A DNA stretch of 64,000 bases, taken from assembly GCA_963665815.1 (NCBI GenBank), contig OY762463.1, positions 2,624,001 to 2,688,000 of the forward strand, given 5' to 3'. The translations under genes and the position numbers were made by a program. The stretch comes from Candidatus Cloacimonadales bacterium (lineage in GTDB: Bacteria; Cloacimonadota; Cloacimonadia; Cloacimonadales; JAIOQZ01). Positions 52,308 through 60,291 of this stretch are shown here, in pieces (the first letter of the stretch is position 1; the number at the start of each line of letters is the position of its first letter). The notes beneath the pieces were generated by a model that was given only the letters and a program-made list of their open reading frames with translations, searched no databases and was not told the DNA's origin.

Positions 52308-52313
52308 ACTATT

Positions 52314-53063
52314 TTACTCCATTTGAGATACAATTCGTTTAAAATTATGAAACAGTTCAACCGGAGTAACTTCAGTTTCTTCAATTTCTCTACTGTAATT
52401 TCTGAAAATTCTTGAAGAGGTTTCCATGGATGCAAGAATTAATCCGTTGTCTCTCTTATAATTCATGGAATGAAGAGAGAAATCCATTATAATTGCTTCA
52501 CTTTGCCCATCTCCCATCCAGCTGATATTATTGTTGTAGGAACGAGTATTAGCATTAAGATAAACACATTTGACTGCTTCCTGCCAACCTGCATCAGTAA
52601 AGTCATTCCATTCTTTTGTAGTTTCAAAATACTGCTGATCAACATTTTTTTCTCTTTCCCAACTGAAGAGTATTGAACTATTGAAGTTGAACGAAGGAGG
52701 ATAATTAAAGGCATCAAGGTTATAGATTAACTCAATGTCGGATTTAATCAATTCCTTTCCGTTAATTTTAACTCTTACATTTACAATATCACCTTCTTGA
52801 GCATCAAAGAATCCAATATAAATACCTTCATCATTTTCCATTTCAATAACTTCCTCATCAACAGAAACAAAAACAGAGTTAATTTGCTGCATTACATTTA
52901 TACATCCTACTGCAATACCTTGTTGAGAAAGCGAATATTTGCCAATCAGTGCTCCGTATTCATTAGAACTGTCTGAAATTTTCGTAATAGATTTGCTTTT
53001 TTTGTCTTTACATCCCAAAACTAATAACGAAACTAAGAAAATAAGTATTACTACTTTCCTCAT
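52314..53063 (-). CDS. Hypothetical lipoprotein, paralogue of 51483..52307
   Basis: Lipobox VLGC; GGAGG RBS. Confidence 0.8.
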   Translation of the reverse strand: MRKVVILIFLVSLLVLGCKDKKSKSITKISDSSNEYGALIGKYSLSQQGIAVGCINVMQQINSVFVSVDEEVIEMENDEGIYIGFFDAQEGDIVNVRVKINGKELIKSDIELIYNLDAFNYPPSFNFNSSILFSWEREKNVDQQYFETTKEWNDFTDAGWQEAVKCVYLNANTRSYNNNISWMGDGQSEAIIMDFSLHSMNYKRDNGLILASMETSSRIFRNYSREIEETEVTPVELFHNFKRIVSQME

Positions 53064-53324
53064 AAATCCTCCAAATTTAATAATAGCTACATCGTAAATA
53101 CATTATCTTTATGTCAATATTTTTTATGTCATAGTGTTTATGGCAGTAAGAGTAAAGGACTATAATTATATTAAGAACACATTATCAGCAAACGAGAGTA
53201 TTTTAAAGTATTTTAATGTATTGCTTCCTAACTTTATCTTGACAATACTTAATTGATGAAACATAAATTGGAAATGTACGTTAAGAATCATAAAGAAAAG
53301 AAATTTCCATTAAAGGAGAGCTAT

Positions 53325-53873
53325 ATGAAATTTATTAAATTAGCTATGATTATCAGCCTTCTGGCATTCGTGCTTGTCGGTTGTGGAAGTAACCCTGAAC
53401 CTAAGGCTCCAGCTGGAATGAAAGAAGTATTTCAACCGGACTGGTACGATGTCGAAGGTGATGAAGAGAATATTTTTGTTTATGGAACAGCGACAAAAAT
53501 AACACAGAACGCATCTTATAATTCTGCTTATGTAATGGCTCAGCAGAAAGCTGCAAACTATGTTCAAGTTCATGTTAAAGGTATGATCAAAGATTTTATG
53601 GAAGAAGCAGGCGTTGATAATCCTCAGGTAACTGCTCTTACATCAAACGTAGTGAAAGTTGTTTCCAATGCCGAATTCCGTGGATCAAAAGTTGTGAAGA
53701 AACAAGTTTTTACAAACGAACAGGGAAGATACGTAACTTTCGTTAGACTCGCTGTACCACGTGATGAAGTAGACAGAAAAATGATGAACCAGATCAAACA
53801 GGAAGAAGCTCTTTATAATCAGTTTAAAGCTTCCCAAGGTTTCAACGAACTCGACGAAGAACTTAACAAATAA
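53325..53873 (+). CDS. LPP20-like lipoprotein
   Basis: AAGGAG RBS; lipobox LVGC; PDWY motif; C-terminal FKASQGFNELDEEL. Confidence 0.7.
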   Translation: MKFIKLAMIISLLAFVLVGCGSNPEPKAPAGMKEVFQPDWYDVEGDEENIFVYGTATKITQNASYNSAYVMAQQKAANYVQVHVKGMIKDFMEEAGVDNPQVTALTSNVVKVVSNAEFRGSKVVKKQVFTNEQGRYVTFVRLAVPRDEVDRKMMNQIKQEEALYNQFKASQGFNELDEELNK

Positions 53874-53893
53874 GAATTTTTAAACATTATATA

Positions 53894-53925
53894 CAGCCTG
53901 TTGAAATTTCAGCAGGCTGTTTTTT
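53894..53925 (+). terminator. Rho-independent terminator
   Basis: ACAGCCTGTTG..CAGCAGGCTGT followed by a T-run. Confidence 0.75.
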
Positions 53926-53984
53926 GTTGACTGGTTAGAGAATCCTGTATAATTTAAAATTATCAAGCAATAACGAGGATTTAA

Positions 53985-55007
53985 ATGAGAAAACATATCT
54001 TAATCACAATTCTTTTTCTGATCCCTTTTATATTCAGTAACTTGTCTGCACAGGAGATTGAGCATTCTGTTTTTAACTGGGAAGACTTAGCCAAAACAGA
54101 AAAGGACTCTCTATTGATGCCTGCCAGTATTTATATTGATTTGCTCGCAAAAGGGAATCTGAAAGATTTCTGGAATAAATCACATACAATGTTTAAGCAA
54201 TCTACTCCCGAATCAGAGTTTTTGAAATATAAAGAATCTTTTCAGTCTGTGTCTGTTCCTTACAGCAAGATGAACTTTATAGAAGGAAAACTGACTCAAT
54301 GTTATGATGTGCCTGCAAAATATGTGCGTACTTTTGGAGGAAATCCTTTTATTGATACAGGTCACTATCTTGAGTTTCATCTTCATCCATATGTCGCTCT
54401 GCAGGCTATCCTTGTATTTGAATATAAAAAGGACAATATTGGCCGGTTCCTGACAATGTATCTCGGTAAGGAAGATGATTCTTACAAGATTCTGAATATG
54501 ATTTTTAATATCTCTGAATTTGACGGCAATAACGCTGAGTTTTACGCAGGTAAAGCCGAAGAATGGAAGACAAAGCTTAATTATTCAATTCCTACAGCAA
54601 TTGCCTATGCCTTTGCCTTCAAGACAGGAAATTATGGGAATGTTGCAATAACAAACAAAGTTATGGATTATCAGGCAGCCTATGAAGAACTCACTGTAAC
54701 ACCTTCATACATTCATGAATTCAATTTATGGATTGTTAATGATAAGAGGATTTCTGTTCTTGGAACGGACGTTTATGATACTGATGATGCCTTAATACCT
54801 CAGATAATATACATAAGTAATGTAGAGTTCACGCAGGAAAACCTGAAAAAAGAAGCCAGACAATTTGCTGACAAAGTTGGATCACTTTATCCGGATTTTG
54901 CTAAAGTCTTTCCGAAGATAATTTTGACAGCTTATAAGGAAAATCCTGTTGATAGAAGTAAAGAATATGATACTTTTTCCGTAACTGTGAATTTTACGGA
55001 GGAATAA
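53985..55007 (+). CDS. Secreted hypothetical protein
   Basis: Signal peptide ending LSAQ; 340-aa ORF with a GAGG RBS. Confidence 0.8.
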   Translation: MRKHILITILFLIPFIFSNLSAQEIEHSVFNWEDLAKTEKDSLLMPASIYIDLLAKGNLKDFWNKSHTMFKQSTPESEFLKYKESFQSVSVPYSKMNFIEGKLTQCYDVPAKYVRTFGGNPFIDTGHYLEFHLHPYVALQAILVFEYKKDNIGRFLTMYLGKEDDSYKILNMIFNISEFDGNNAEFYAGKAEEWKTKLNYSIPTAIAYAFAFKTGNYGNVAITNKVMDYQAAYEELTVTPSYIHEFNLWIVNDKRISVLGTDVYDTDDALIPQIIYISNVEFTQENLKKEARQFADKVGSLYPDFAKVFPKIILTAYKENPVDRSKEYDTFSVTVNFTEE

Positions 55008-55029
55008 TAAATTTAGACATTGGGGCATA

Positions 55030-55066
55030 AATATTCTTGACAGAATATTATAGTGATGAATAAAAT
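55030..55066 (+). promoter_or_regulatory. Sigma-70 promoter of mrr with an operator-like palindrome over the -35 box
   Basis: TTGACA (55037-55042)-N18-TAAAAT (55061-55066); perfect IR AATATTCT-TGAC-AGAATATT (55030-55049). Confidence 0.6.
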
Positions 55067-55099
55067 ATAAATGATTTTAAAACAATAATAGGAGCATAT

Positions 55100-56014
55100 A
55101 TGAGGTTGCCGAGATTTGATGAAATGTTTTTACCTATTCTACAAGAATTAAAAAAAACACAAAGTTCTAAAGCGAGGGATTTGGAAGAAATTTTAGCTAA
55201 AAAATACAATTTGGATGATAAATCAAGAAACTTAATGTACGATTCGGGTAATGGTCCGATTTTTCTGGATAGAATTCAATGGGCTTTGAGCTACTTAAAT
55301 ATGGCTGGATTAATTGAGAAACCGCAAAGAGGAATGAACAGTATAAATAAAAGCGGTATCAAAATGCTTAGCAAGCCAGAAAACATAAAGGATTTTGTAA
55401 AAAGTGAGATAAAGAAAAGAAATCCAGTAATAAAAGCAAGTGATGAACATACTGATACCCCTAATAATGAAGAGTTAACACCTGAAGAATCTTTATATGA
55501 ACATTATAACAAAATTACCGATATTATTTACAATGAAATAATTAAGACAATATTGTCTAAGTCTCCCAGAGATTTTGAGAACCTTGTTGTAAATTTGATG
55601 CAAAAAATGGGATACGGAGGAGGAATCAGAGATTCTGGTACAACAACAAGCTATACAAATGACAAAGGGATTGATGGCATAGTTAAAGAAGATGTTCTTG
55701 GATTTGGCAGCATATATTTACAGGCTAAAAGGTATGCTGAAAATAATTTAGTAGGAAGAGAAGAAGTACAGAAATTTGTTGGTGCATTGGCTCCTGCAAA
55801 GTCTAATAAAGGAGTGTTTATTACTACTTCAAAATTTGCTTCAACTGCACTAAAATATGTTGATAGTCTGGACTCCTCAATACATGTCGTGCTTATAGAT
55901 GGAAGAGAGTTAGCTAAATACATTTATGAGTATGATCTGGGCATGCAGACTGAAAAGATCTTAAAGATCAAGAAATTGGATAGTGATTTCTGGGATCAGA
56001 TGAAAGATGATTGA
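55100..56014 (+). CDS. mrr: Mrr family type IV restriction endonuclease
   Basis: Mrr_N wHTH (F.DRI.WA.SYL..AGLI..P.RG) and Mrr_cat (FE.LV..L...MGY, D.GIDG, QAKRY, FVGAL, GVFITTS, LIDG). Confidence 0.95.
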   Translation: MRLPRFDEMFLPILQELKKTQSSKARDLEEILAKKYNLDDKSRNLMYDSGNGPIFLDRIQWALSYLNMAGLIEKPQRGMNSINKSGIKMLSKPENIKDFVKSEIKKRNPVIKASDEHTDTPNNEELTPEESLYEHYNKITDIIYNEIIKTILSKSPRDFENLVVNLMQKMGYGGGIRDSGTTTSYTNDKGIDGIVKEDVLGFGSIYLQAKRYAENNLVGREEVQKFVGALAPAKSNKGVFITTSKFASTALKYVDSLDSSIHVVLIDGRELAKYIYEYDLGMQTEKILKIKKLDSDFWDQMKDD

Positions 56015-57026
56015 TTTTTGCAATTTTAATGAACTCAAGAAAATCAGGAAAGAGGCTTTGTTTAAAGAGTGTTTCATAAACGACAGTAATTGCTCGAAAT
56101 CAATAATTAAAGCTCATTCAATCCAAAATAATAGATATCTAACAAGATTAACTGAAAATAATGACACAATATTAACTTTTAATCATGCAGATTACGATTT
56201 ACAATTAAGTAGAAAACCAAGAGAGGTTGGAAGAAAGCAGGCTTCAACCTTTACGGGTTTTTGTAAAAAGCATGATTTAGAAATTTTTACTCCTATTGAG
56301 AACTCAGATTATAAGGATGGAAATAAAGAACAAGAATTTATTTTTGCATTTAGAGCTCTTGCATGGTTTCTATACTTTAAAACTCATAAGTTGAATTTTT
56401 CCTATCTGATAATTGATAGAATGAATAAAGGTAACTTAAGTTTTATTAATAACTTTGAACATCTTAATGACGATCAAATAGAAAAAATTGAACAGAATTA
56501 CTTAATCAATATTGCTGAGTTGAGAATTGAAGTGAATGAGAAAAGAGGTCTTCTTGAAAAAATGAAATTTGATATTGACAACCAAAGATTTAACACATTG
56601 AAAACTGTTAATATTGAGTTCGATAAACAATATAAGATTGTTGGTACCTCTTTAGTTAACCCCGTGTTCGATCTTAATTATAAAATGATCAATGATTATT
56701 CAAATCCCAATGTTACATTAAAACCTATTTTTATGAGTGTCTTACCCCAACATGAATCAATAAATGTTTTAATAAGTTATTTCAAGGCTGATAAAGCCCT
56801 AATGAAAGGCTTTATAGATCAAATTGTATCAGAGGACGCTAGTATACAGAAACTTATTGTATCAAATATAATCTTACAATACTTCACAAATTGGTATATT
56901 TCAAAGAATTACTTTGATTCAATTCCACATAGATCGAATATTGTAGACTATTATAATAATACTGATGATAATTTATGGAGAGAGTGGAAATGGAGTTATA
57001 GTCCCAAACTCAATTTATTCTACTAA
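56007..57026 (+). CDS. Uncharacterised protein with an HNH/His-Me-finger-like N-terminus
   Basis: C-x6-C..IIKAHSIQ ... ASTFTGFCKKHD..IF..IE; overlaps the mrr stop by 8 nt. Confidence 0.7.
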   Translation: MIDFCNFNELKKIRKEALFKECFINDSNCSKSIIKAHSIQNNRYLTRLTENNDTILTFNHADYDLQLSRKPREVGRKQASTFTGFCKKHDLEIFTPIENSDYKDGNKEQEFIFAFRALAWFLYFKTHKLNFSYLIIDRMNKGNLSFINNFEHLNDDQIEKIEQNYLINIAELRIEVNEKRGLLEKMKFDIDNQRFNTLKTVNIEFDKQYKIVGTSLVNPVFDLNYKMINDYSNPNVTLKPIFMSVLPQHESINVLISYFKADKALMKGFIDQIVSEDASIQKLIVSNIILQYFTNWYISKNYFDSIPHRSNIVDYYNNTDDNLWREWKWSYSPKLNLFY

Positions 57027-57029
57027 ATA

Positions 57030-57056
57030 AAAAAACGCTGTTTCCAGCGTTTTTTA
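57030..57056. terminator. Bidirectional terminator
   Basis: AAAAAACGCTG-TTTC-CAGCGTTTTTT between convergent genes. Confidence 0.8.
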
Positions 57057-57081
57057 CTATATTTAGCCTAAATAGTAACTA

Positions 57082-57417
57082 TCATAGCTTCAATTCAAAA
57101 GATTTTTTCCCGAATTTATTACAGACAGTATATATGTTTAATTTATCCCCCGGTTTAGCATCAGGAATTCTGTAATAAAGGTTTCCACCAACTGCAGTTT
57201 CCTGCCCTTTAATCTTTTGAATCATAATTTCTTTTTTGTTGCGATACACTTTTACTTCAGATATGTAATGTTTGCTTGTGTCGGATACTTTATGCTCAAA
57301 TAGTATGGTTAACTTTTTTGTCTCCATATTGAATTCAGCATTAACTTTTGATGCAGGATGTGCATATACGGATAAAACGATAAAAAGAAATAAAACAGCA
57401 ATAAAACTTTTTCTCAT
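57082..57417 (-). CDS. Small secreted His/Cys protein resembling the desulfoferrodoxin/SOR iron-binding domain (tentative)
   Basis: Signal peptide then HP; FEH...HYI.EV.V; CNKFG. Confidence 0.55.
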   Translation of the reverse strand: MRKSFIAVLFLFIVLSVYAHPASKVNAEFNMETKKLTILFEHKVSDTSKHYISEVKVYRNKKEIMIQKIKGQETAVGGNLYYRIPDAKPGDKLNIYTVCNKFGKKSFELKL

Positions 57418-57437
57418 AAGAACTCCTTCAAGTTGGT

Positions 57438-57668
57438 TTAAGGTCTTTTAACCTTGAATATTTTAGCTTTTATCCAGTTCCAGTTTAACACGATATGTAT
57501 AGTAGCGAGCAGGGAGAAAGATAATCCGGAAAAACCATGGATACTTCCCAGCACCTCGCTTCCCTGAAGAGGACCGGGGATGAATCTGTAAATTAACGCA
57601 CTGGTAACAGAGCTGATAAATGTTATAAACAAGAAAATATTGGTAAAAATCAGTAACTTTTGTTTCAT
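57438..57668 (-). CDS. Small two-TM membrane protein, DUF4405-like
   Basis: IHGFSGL...IHIVLNWNWIK pattern with two membrane His residues. Confidence 0.7.
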   Translation of the reverse strand: MKQKLLIFTNIFLFITFISSVTSALIYRFIPGPLQGSEVLGSIHGFSGLSFSLLATIHIVLNWNWIKAKIFKVKRP

Positions 57669-57767
57669 ATTACTTTCCTTGCAGATATCGATTCTTATTA
57701 TAGATTAAGTTAAATATTAATAAGAGCAAATTACTTAACAATTAATACCATAGTTTTTTAGTAGAAT

Positions 57768-57856
57768 GAGACCTTTGTATAACTTGGGTAGTTTTTTATT
57801 CTCATATTTCACGTAAAATACGAGTTGATTCGATTCTGCTATTATGCAAAGCTCTC
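57768..57856. mobile_element. 89-bp MITE with IS5-family-like terminal IRs and a 5-bp target duplication
   Basis: GAGACCTTTGTATAA...TTATGCAAAGCTCTC (13/15 IR), flanked by AGAAT at 57763-57767 and 57857-57861. Confidence 0.8.
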
Positions 57857-57886
57857 AGAATTCAGATATTACGATTGTTGTACAGT

Positions 57887-58600
57887 CTATTCTTTTTTCC
57901 CATACTTTTTGATAAAAAAATCACTGCTGTTTTTCAATACATCAAGGAAATCGTCATAAGATGCTTTTATTGCATTGTTAACACAGCAAGTTAGAGTTCC
58001 TTCATCGCAGGAAATATCTCCACCTTTATTTGTTGAATCCCCGGTGTAAGTTTTATCTATCACAACCTTTTCCAGCTTCTTGTCATATATTCTTACTGAA
58101 AGTGCAAGTTGTTTCTCACCATTATTGCTTGTGATCTTAACTTCAGGGAAACTGATTACATACTGCATACTGTCTTTGATAGCAACGGCAGCGAGATCAG
58201 ATTGCTCTGAAAGTTTTTCATCTCTGATCAGTGCATACATTTTCGGTTCTTCATAATACATCATGCTTTCAAATATGTTAACATATTTGAAAGTAATACC
58301 CTTTATGAAATCTGCCTTGATAACAAATTCATAGTGATTCTCCAGCATTTTAACTATATGCGGTTCGAATCTACTCAGCATAGGTGGTTTTCCCGCAGAA
58401 ATTATTTCTTCTCTGAACTCTGTTCCCAGTGCATCAACCTCTTTTTGAAGACTTTCATCTATATGTACTTTCACGGGAACAAGAAACGTAATTTTGGGAT
58501 CGAGAACTGTCTCAGCAAACATTAAAACGGAATTGATACTTAAAACAATAAATACGAGGAAAAAAAAGATTTTCATGGAAACGGTTTTGCTATTTAACAT
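57887..58600 (-). CDS. Secreted hypothetical protein, paralogue of 62412..63104
   Basis: Shared DP.I.FLVP, Q.V.SFP and C.EG.L.CC.NNA.KAS..DF blocks. Confidence 0.8.
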   Translation of the reverse strand: MLNSKTVSMKIFFFLVFIVLSINSVLMFAETVLDPKITFLVPVKVHIDESLQKEVDALGTEFREEIISAGKPPMLSRFEPHIVKMLENHYEFVIKADFIKGITFKYVNIFESMMYYEEPKMYALIRDEKLSEQSDLAAVAIKDSMQYVISFPEVKITSNNGEKQLALSVRIYDKKLEKVVIDKTYTGDSTNKGGDISCDEGTLTCCVNNAIKASYDDFLDVLKNSSDFFIKKYGKKE

Positions 58601-58777
58601 ACTGATAACTCCTATTTTAGAATATGTAAAAAAGTGATACTTATATTTGAGAAAGTCAAGATAATAATAATTACTCAGATTCTGGTTAAACTCTGGAGTG
58701 AGAGAGTGTTATAAAATAGATGTTTCATTCTGGTGCTCAATCTAATTTTTACGACTCGTTCTACCGCATTTCATCTT

Positions 58778-58795
58778 TTTACCATATATGGTAAA
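58778..58795. promoter_or_regulatory. Perfect 18-bp palindrome, candidate enhancer (UAS) for a sigma-54 activator
   Basis: TTTACCATA-TATGGTAAA, about 80 bp upstream of a -24/-12 motif. Confidence 0.6.
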
Positions 58796-58871
58796 TTTAT
58801 AAACAGCATTAATATTGGACTCATACGTCTTTCCCGTTGTTATACAGGAGTTTAGCACGTATAATCAACAA

Positions 58872-58888
58872 TCGGCACAGTGATTGCA
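58872..58888 (+). promoter_or_regulatory. Sigma-54 (-24/-12) promoter
   Basis: TCGGCAC-AGTGA-TTGCA has GG-N10-GC spacing and matches the TGGCAC-N5-TTGCW consensus. Confidence 0.7.
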
Positions 58889-58963
58889 TTTAGTTATAGT
58901 GAATATTTTAAACTGTATCGTCGGCAGTCCTTTCCTGACAAGATGCCGAAAAGGAGAGAATAT

Positions 58964-59698
58964 ATGCTTCTTAGAATTATTTTTTCACTTCTGATTTTTT
59001 TAACAGGTTGTTTGTATTGTATGACAGTAACTCTGGCAGTTGGCGAATGGGTTCCATATACATCTTGTAGTAACAGTGACTGTAAAATTGCTGAGCACAT
59101 AGTTAAAGAAGCTTTTAAGCTTGAGGGTATTGATGTGGAAATCGTTTATTACCCTTGGAAACGCTGCTATGAAATGACTAAGTCAGGAGAATGCGACGGA
59201 ACTTTCCCCTGGTATTCAAATGATGAAAGAGAAACATTATTTTATGTAAATAGAGAAAATCTTCTCACTTCGAAAGAAGTATTCTTCCATAGGAAGGATC
59301 TGGATTTCGAATGGGAGAGTTTAGATGATTTAAAGAATTATAATATCGGTGGGACTTTGGGATATTCGCACGTGGACTTCCTTGAAAAAAATGGAATTGC
59401 TGTAGATATCGTTAATGATGATATCACCAATTTCAAAAAGGTACTTGGTGAAAGAATACAGATCTTCCCCGCAGACTACATTGTGGGAGAGCATCTTATA
59501 AAGACAAACTTCAACGCGCAAGAAGCAAATACTCTTACTTATAATCCCAAAGCTCTCTCCGGTGAAAAAAGCATGCGGCTTCTCGTATCAAGAACCATTC
59601 CGGATGGAAAAAATCTTGCAACCAAGTTTGATAACGGTTTGAAGGAATTGAAATCATCCGGGCGTTATCAGCAGATTCTTAACTCCGTAAATGAATGA
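58964..59698 (+). CDS. Family 3 periplasmic substrate-binding protein, orphan
   Basis: GEWVPY, YPWKR, GGTLGYS and FDNGLKELKSSGRY motifs; AAGGAG RBS. Confidence 0.9.
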   Translation: MLLRIIFSLLIFLTGCLYCMTVTLAVGEWVPYTSCSNSDCKIAEHIVKEAFKLEGIDVEIVYYPWKRCYEMTKSGECDGTFPWYSNDERETLFYVNRENLLTSKEVFFHRKDLDFEWESLDDLKNYNIGGTLGYSHVDFLEKNGIAVDIVNDDITNFKKVLGERIQIFPADYIVGEHLIKTNFNAQEANTLTYNPKALSGEKSMRLLVSRTIPDGKNLATKFDNGLKELKSSGRYQQILNSVNE

Positions 59699-60167
59699 TT
59701 ATTGTTTTGCAATGGAGAACAACATGTACTTAATAAAGGAAGAGGATTTTGGATTAAGACTCTCTTTTTCAGGGGAATTAACCTCAGACGAAATGCTGAA
59801 TTGGCTTGAAGACAGTAAAGAAACATTAAGGATGCTCAAGTGCCCATTTGGTGCTTTCATAGATTTACAGGATGTCAGGGTAATTTATAGAAAAACTCAG
59901 GAACTGTTTGTTACAGGGGAAAAATTATTTAAAGAATCAGGGATGAATAGATCTGTAGTTATTGTCTCTACTGTGTTGACACAGCTTCAGTTTTCCAGAA
60001 TTGCCGCAGAATCTGGAATATATTCCTCAGAGAGAATCATAGATTCGAAGTGCAATCCGAATTGGGAGATTGATGGACTAAATTGGGTCATCAATGGAAT
60101 AGAACCTTATAAATCTATATCAATAAAATCAAGACCGTGGCTTTCAGCAATATGCAAAAGATTCTAA
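59691..60167 (+). CDS. Small cytoplasmic hypothetical protein (STAS/SpoIIAA-like pattern, tentative)
   Basis: FGLRLSFSG..FGAFIDL..GMNRSVVIV; overlaps the SBP stop codon. Confidence 0.6.
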   Translation: MNDYCFAMENNMYLIKEEDFGLRLSFSGELTSDEMLNWLEDSKETLRMLKCPFGAFIDLQDVRVIYRKTQELFVTGEKLFKESGMNRSVVIVSTVLTQLQFSRIAAESGIYSSERIIDSKCNPNWEIDGLNWVINGIEPYKSISIKSRPWLSAICKRF

Positions 60168-60236
60168 GGCTATTCCCGAAATCTATTGCTACCAATTAAC
60201 AGAAATGACCTATCTCATTTCCTTCAACGGACAACA

Positions 60237-60269
60237 CCCGAAACTGAGTAAAGTCTCCTCGGTTTCGGG
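60237..60269. terminator. Hairpin between convergent genes
   Basis: CCCGAAACTGAG-N9-CTCGGTTTCGGG. Confidence 0.65.
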
Positions 60270-60291
60270 GCACTTTTTTACTGGTAAATTA

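Noticed and set aside
53253..53324. Upstream extensions in the ORF track (also 35273, 58880, 9297, 40528 and 31979)
   Set aside because: Downstream ATGs fit better, based on RBS, signal peptide position or family N-terminus
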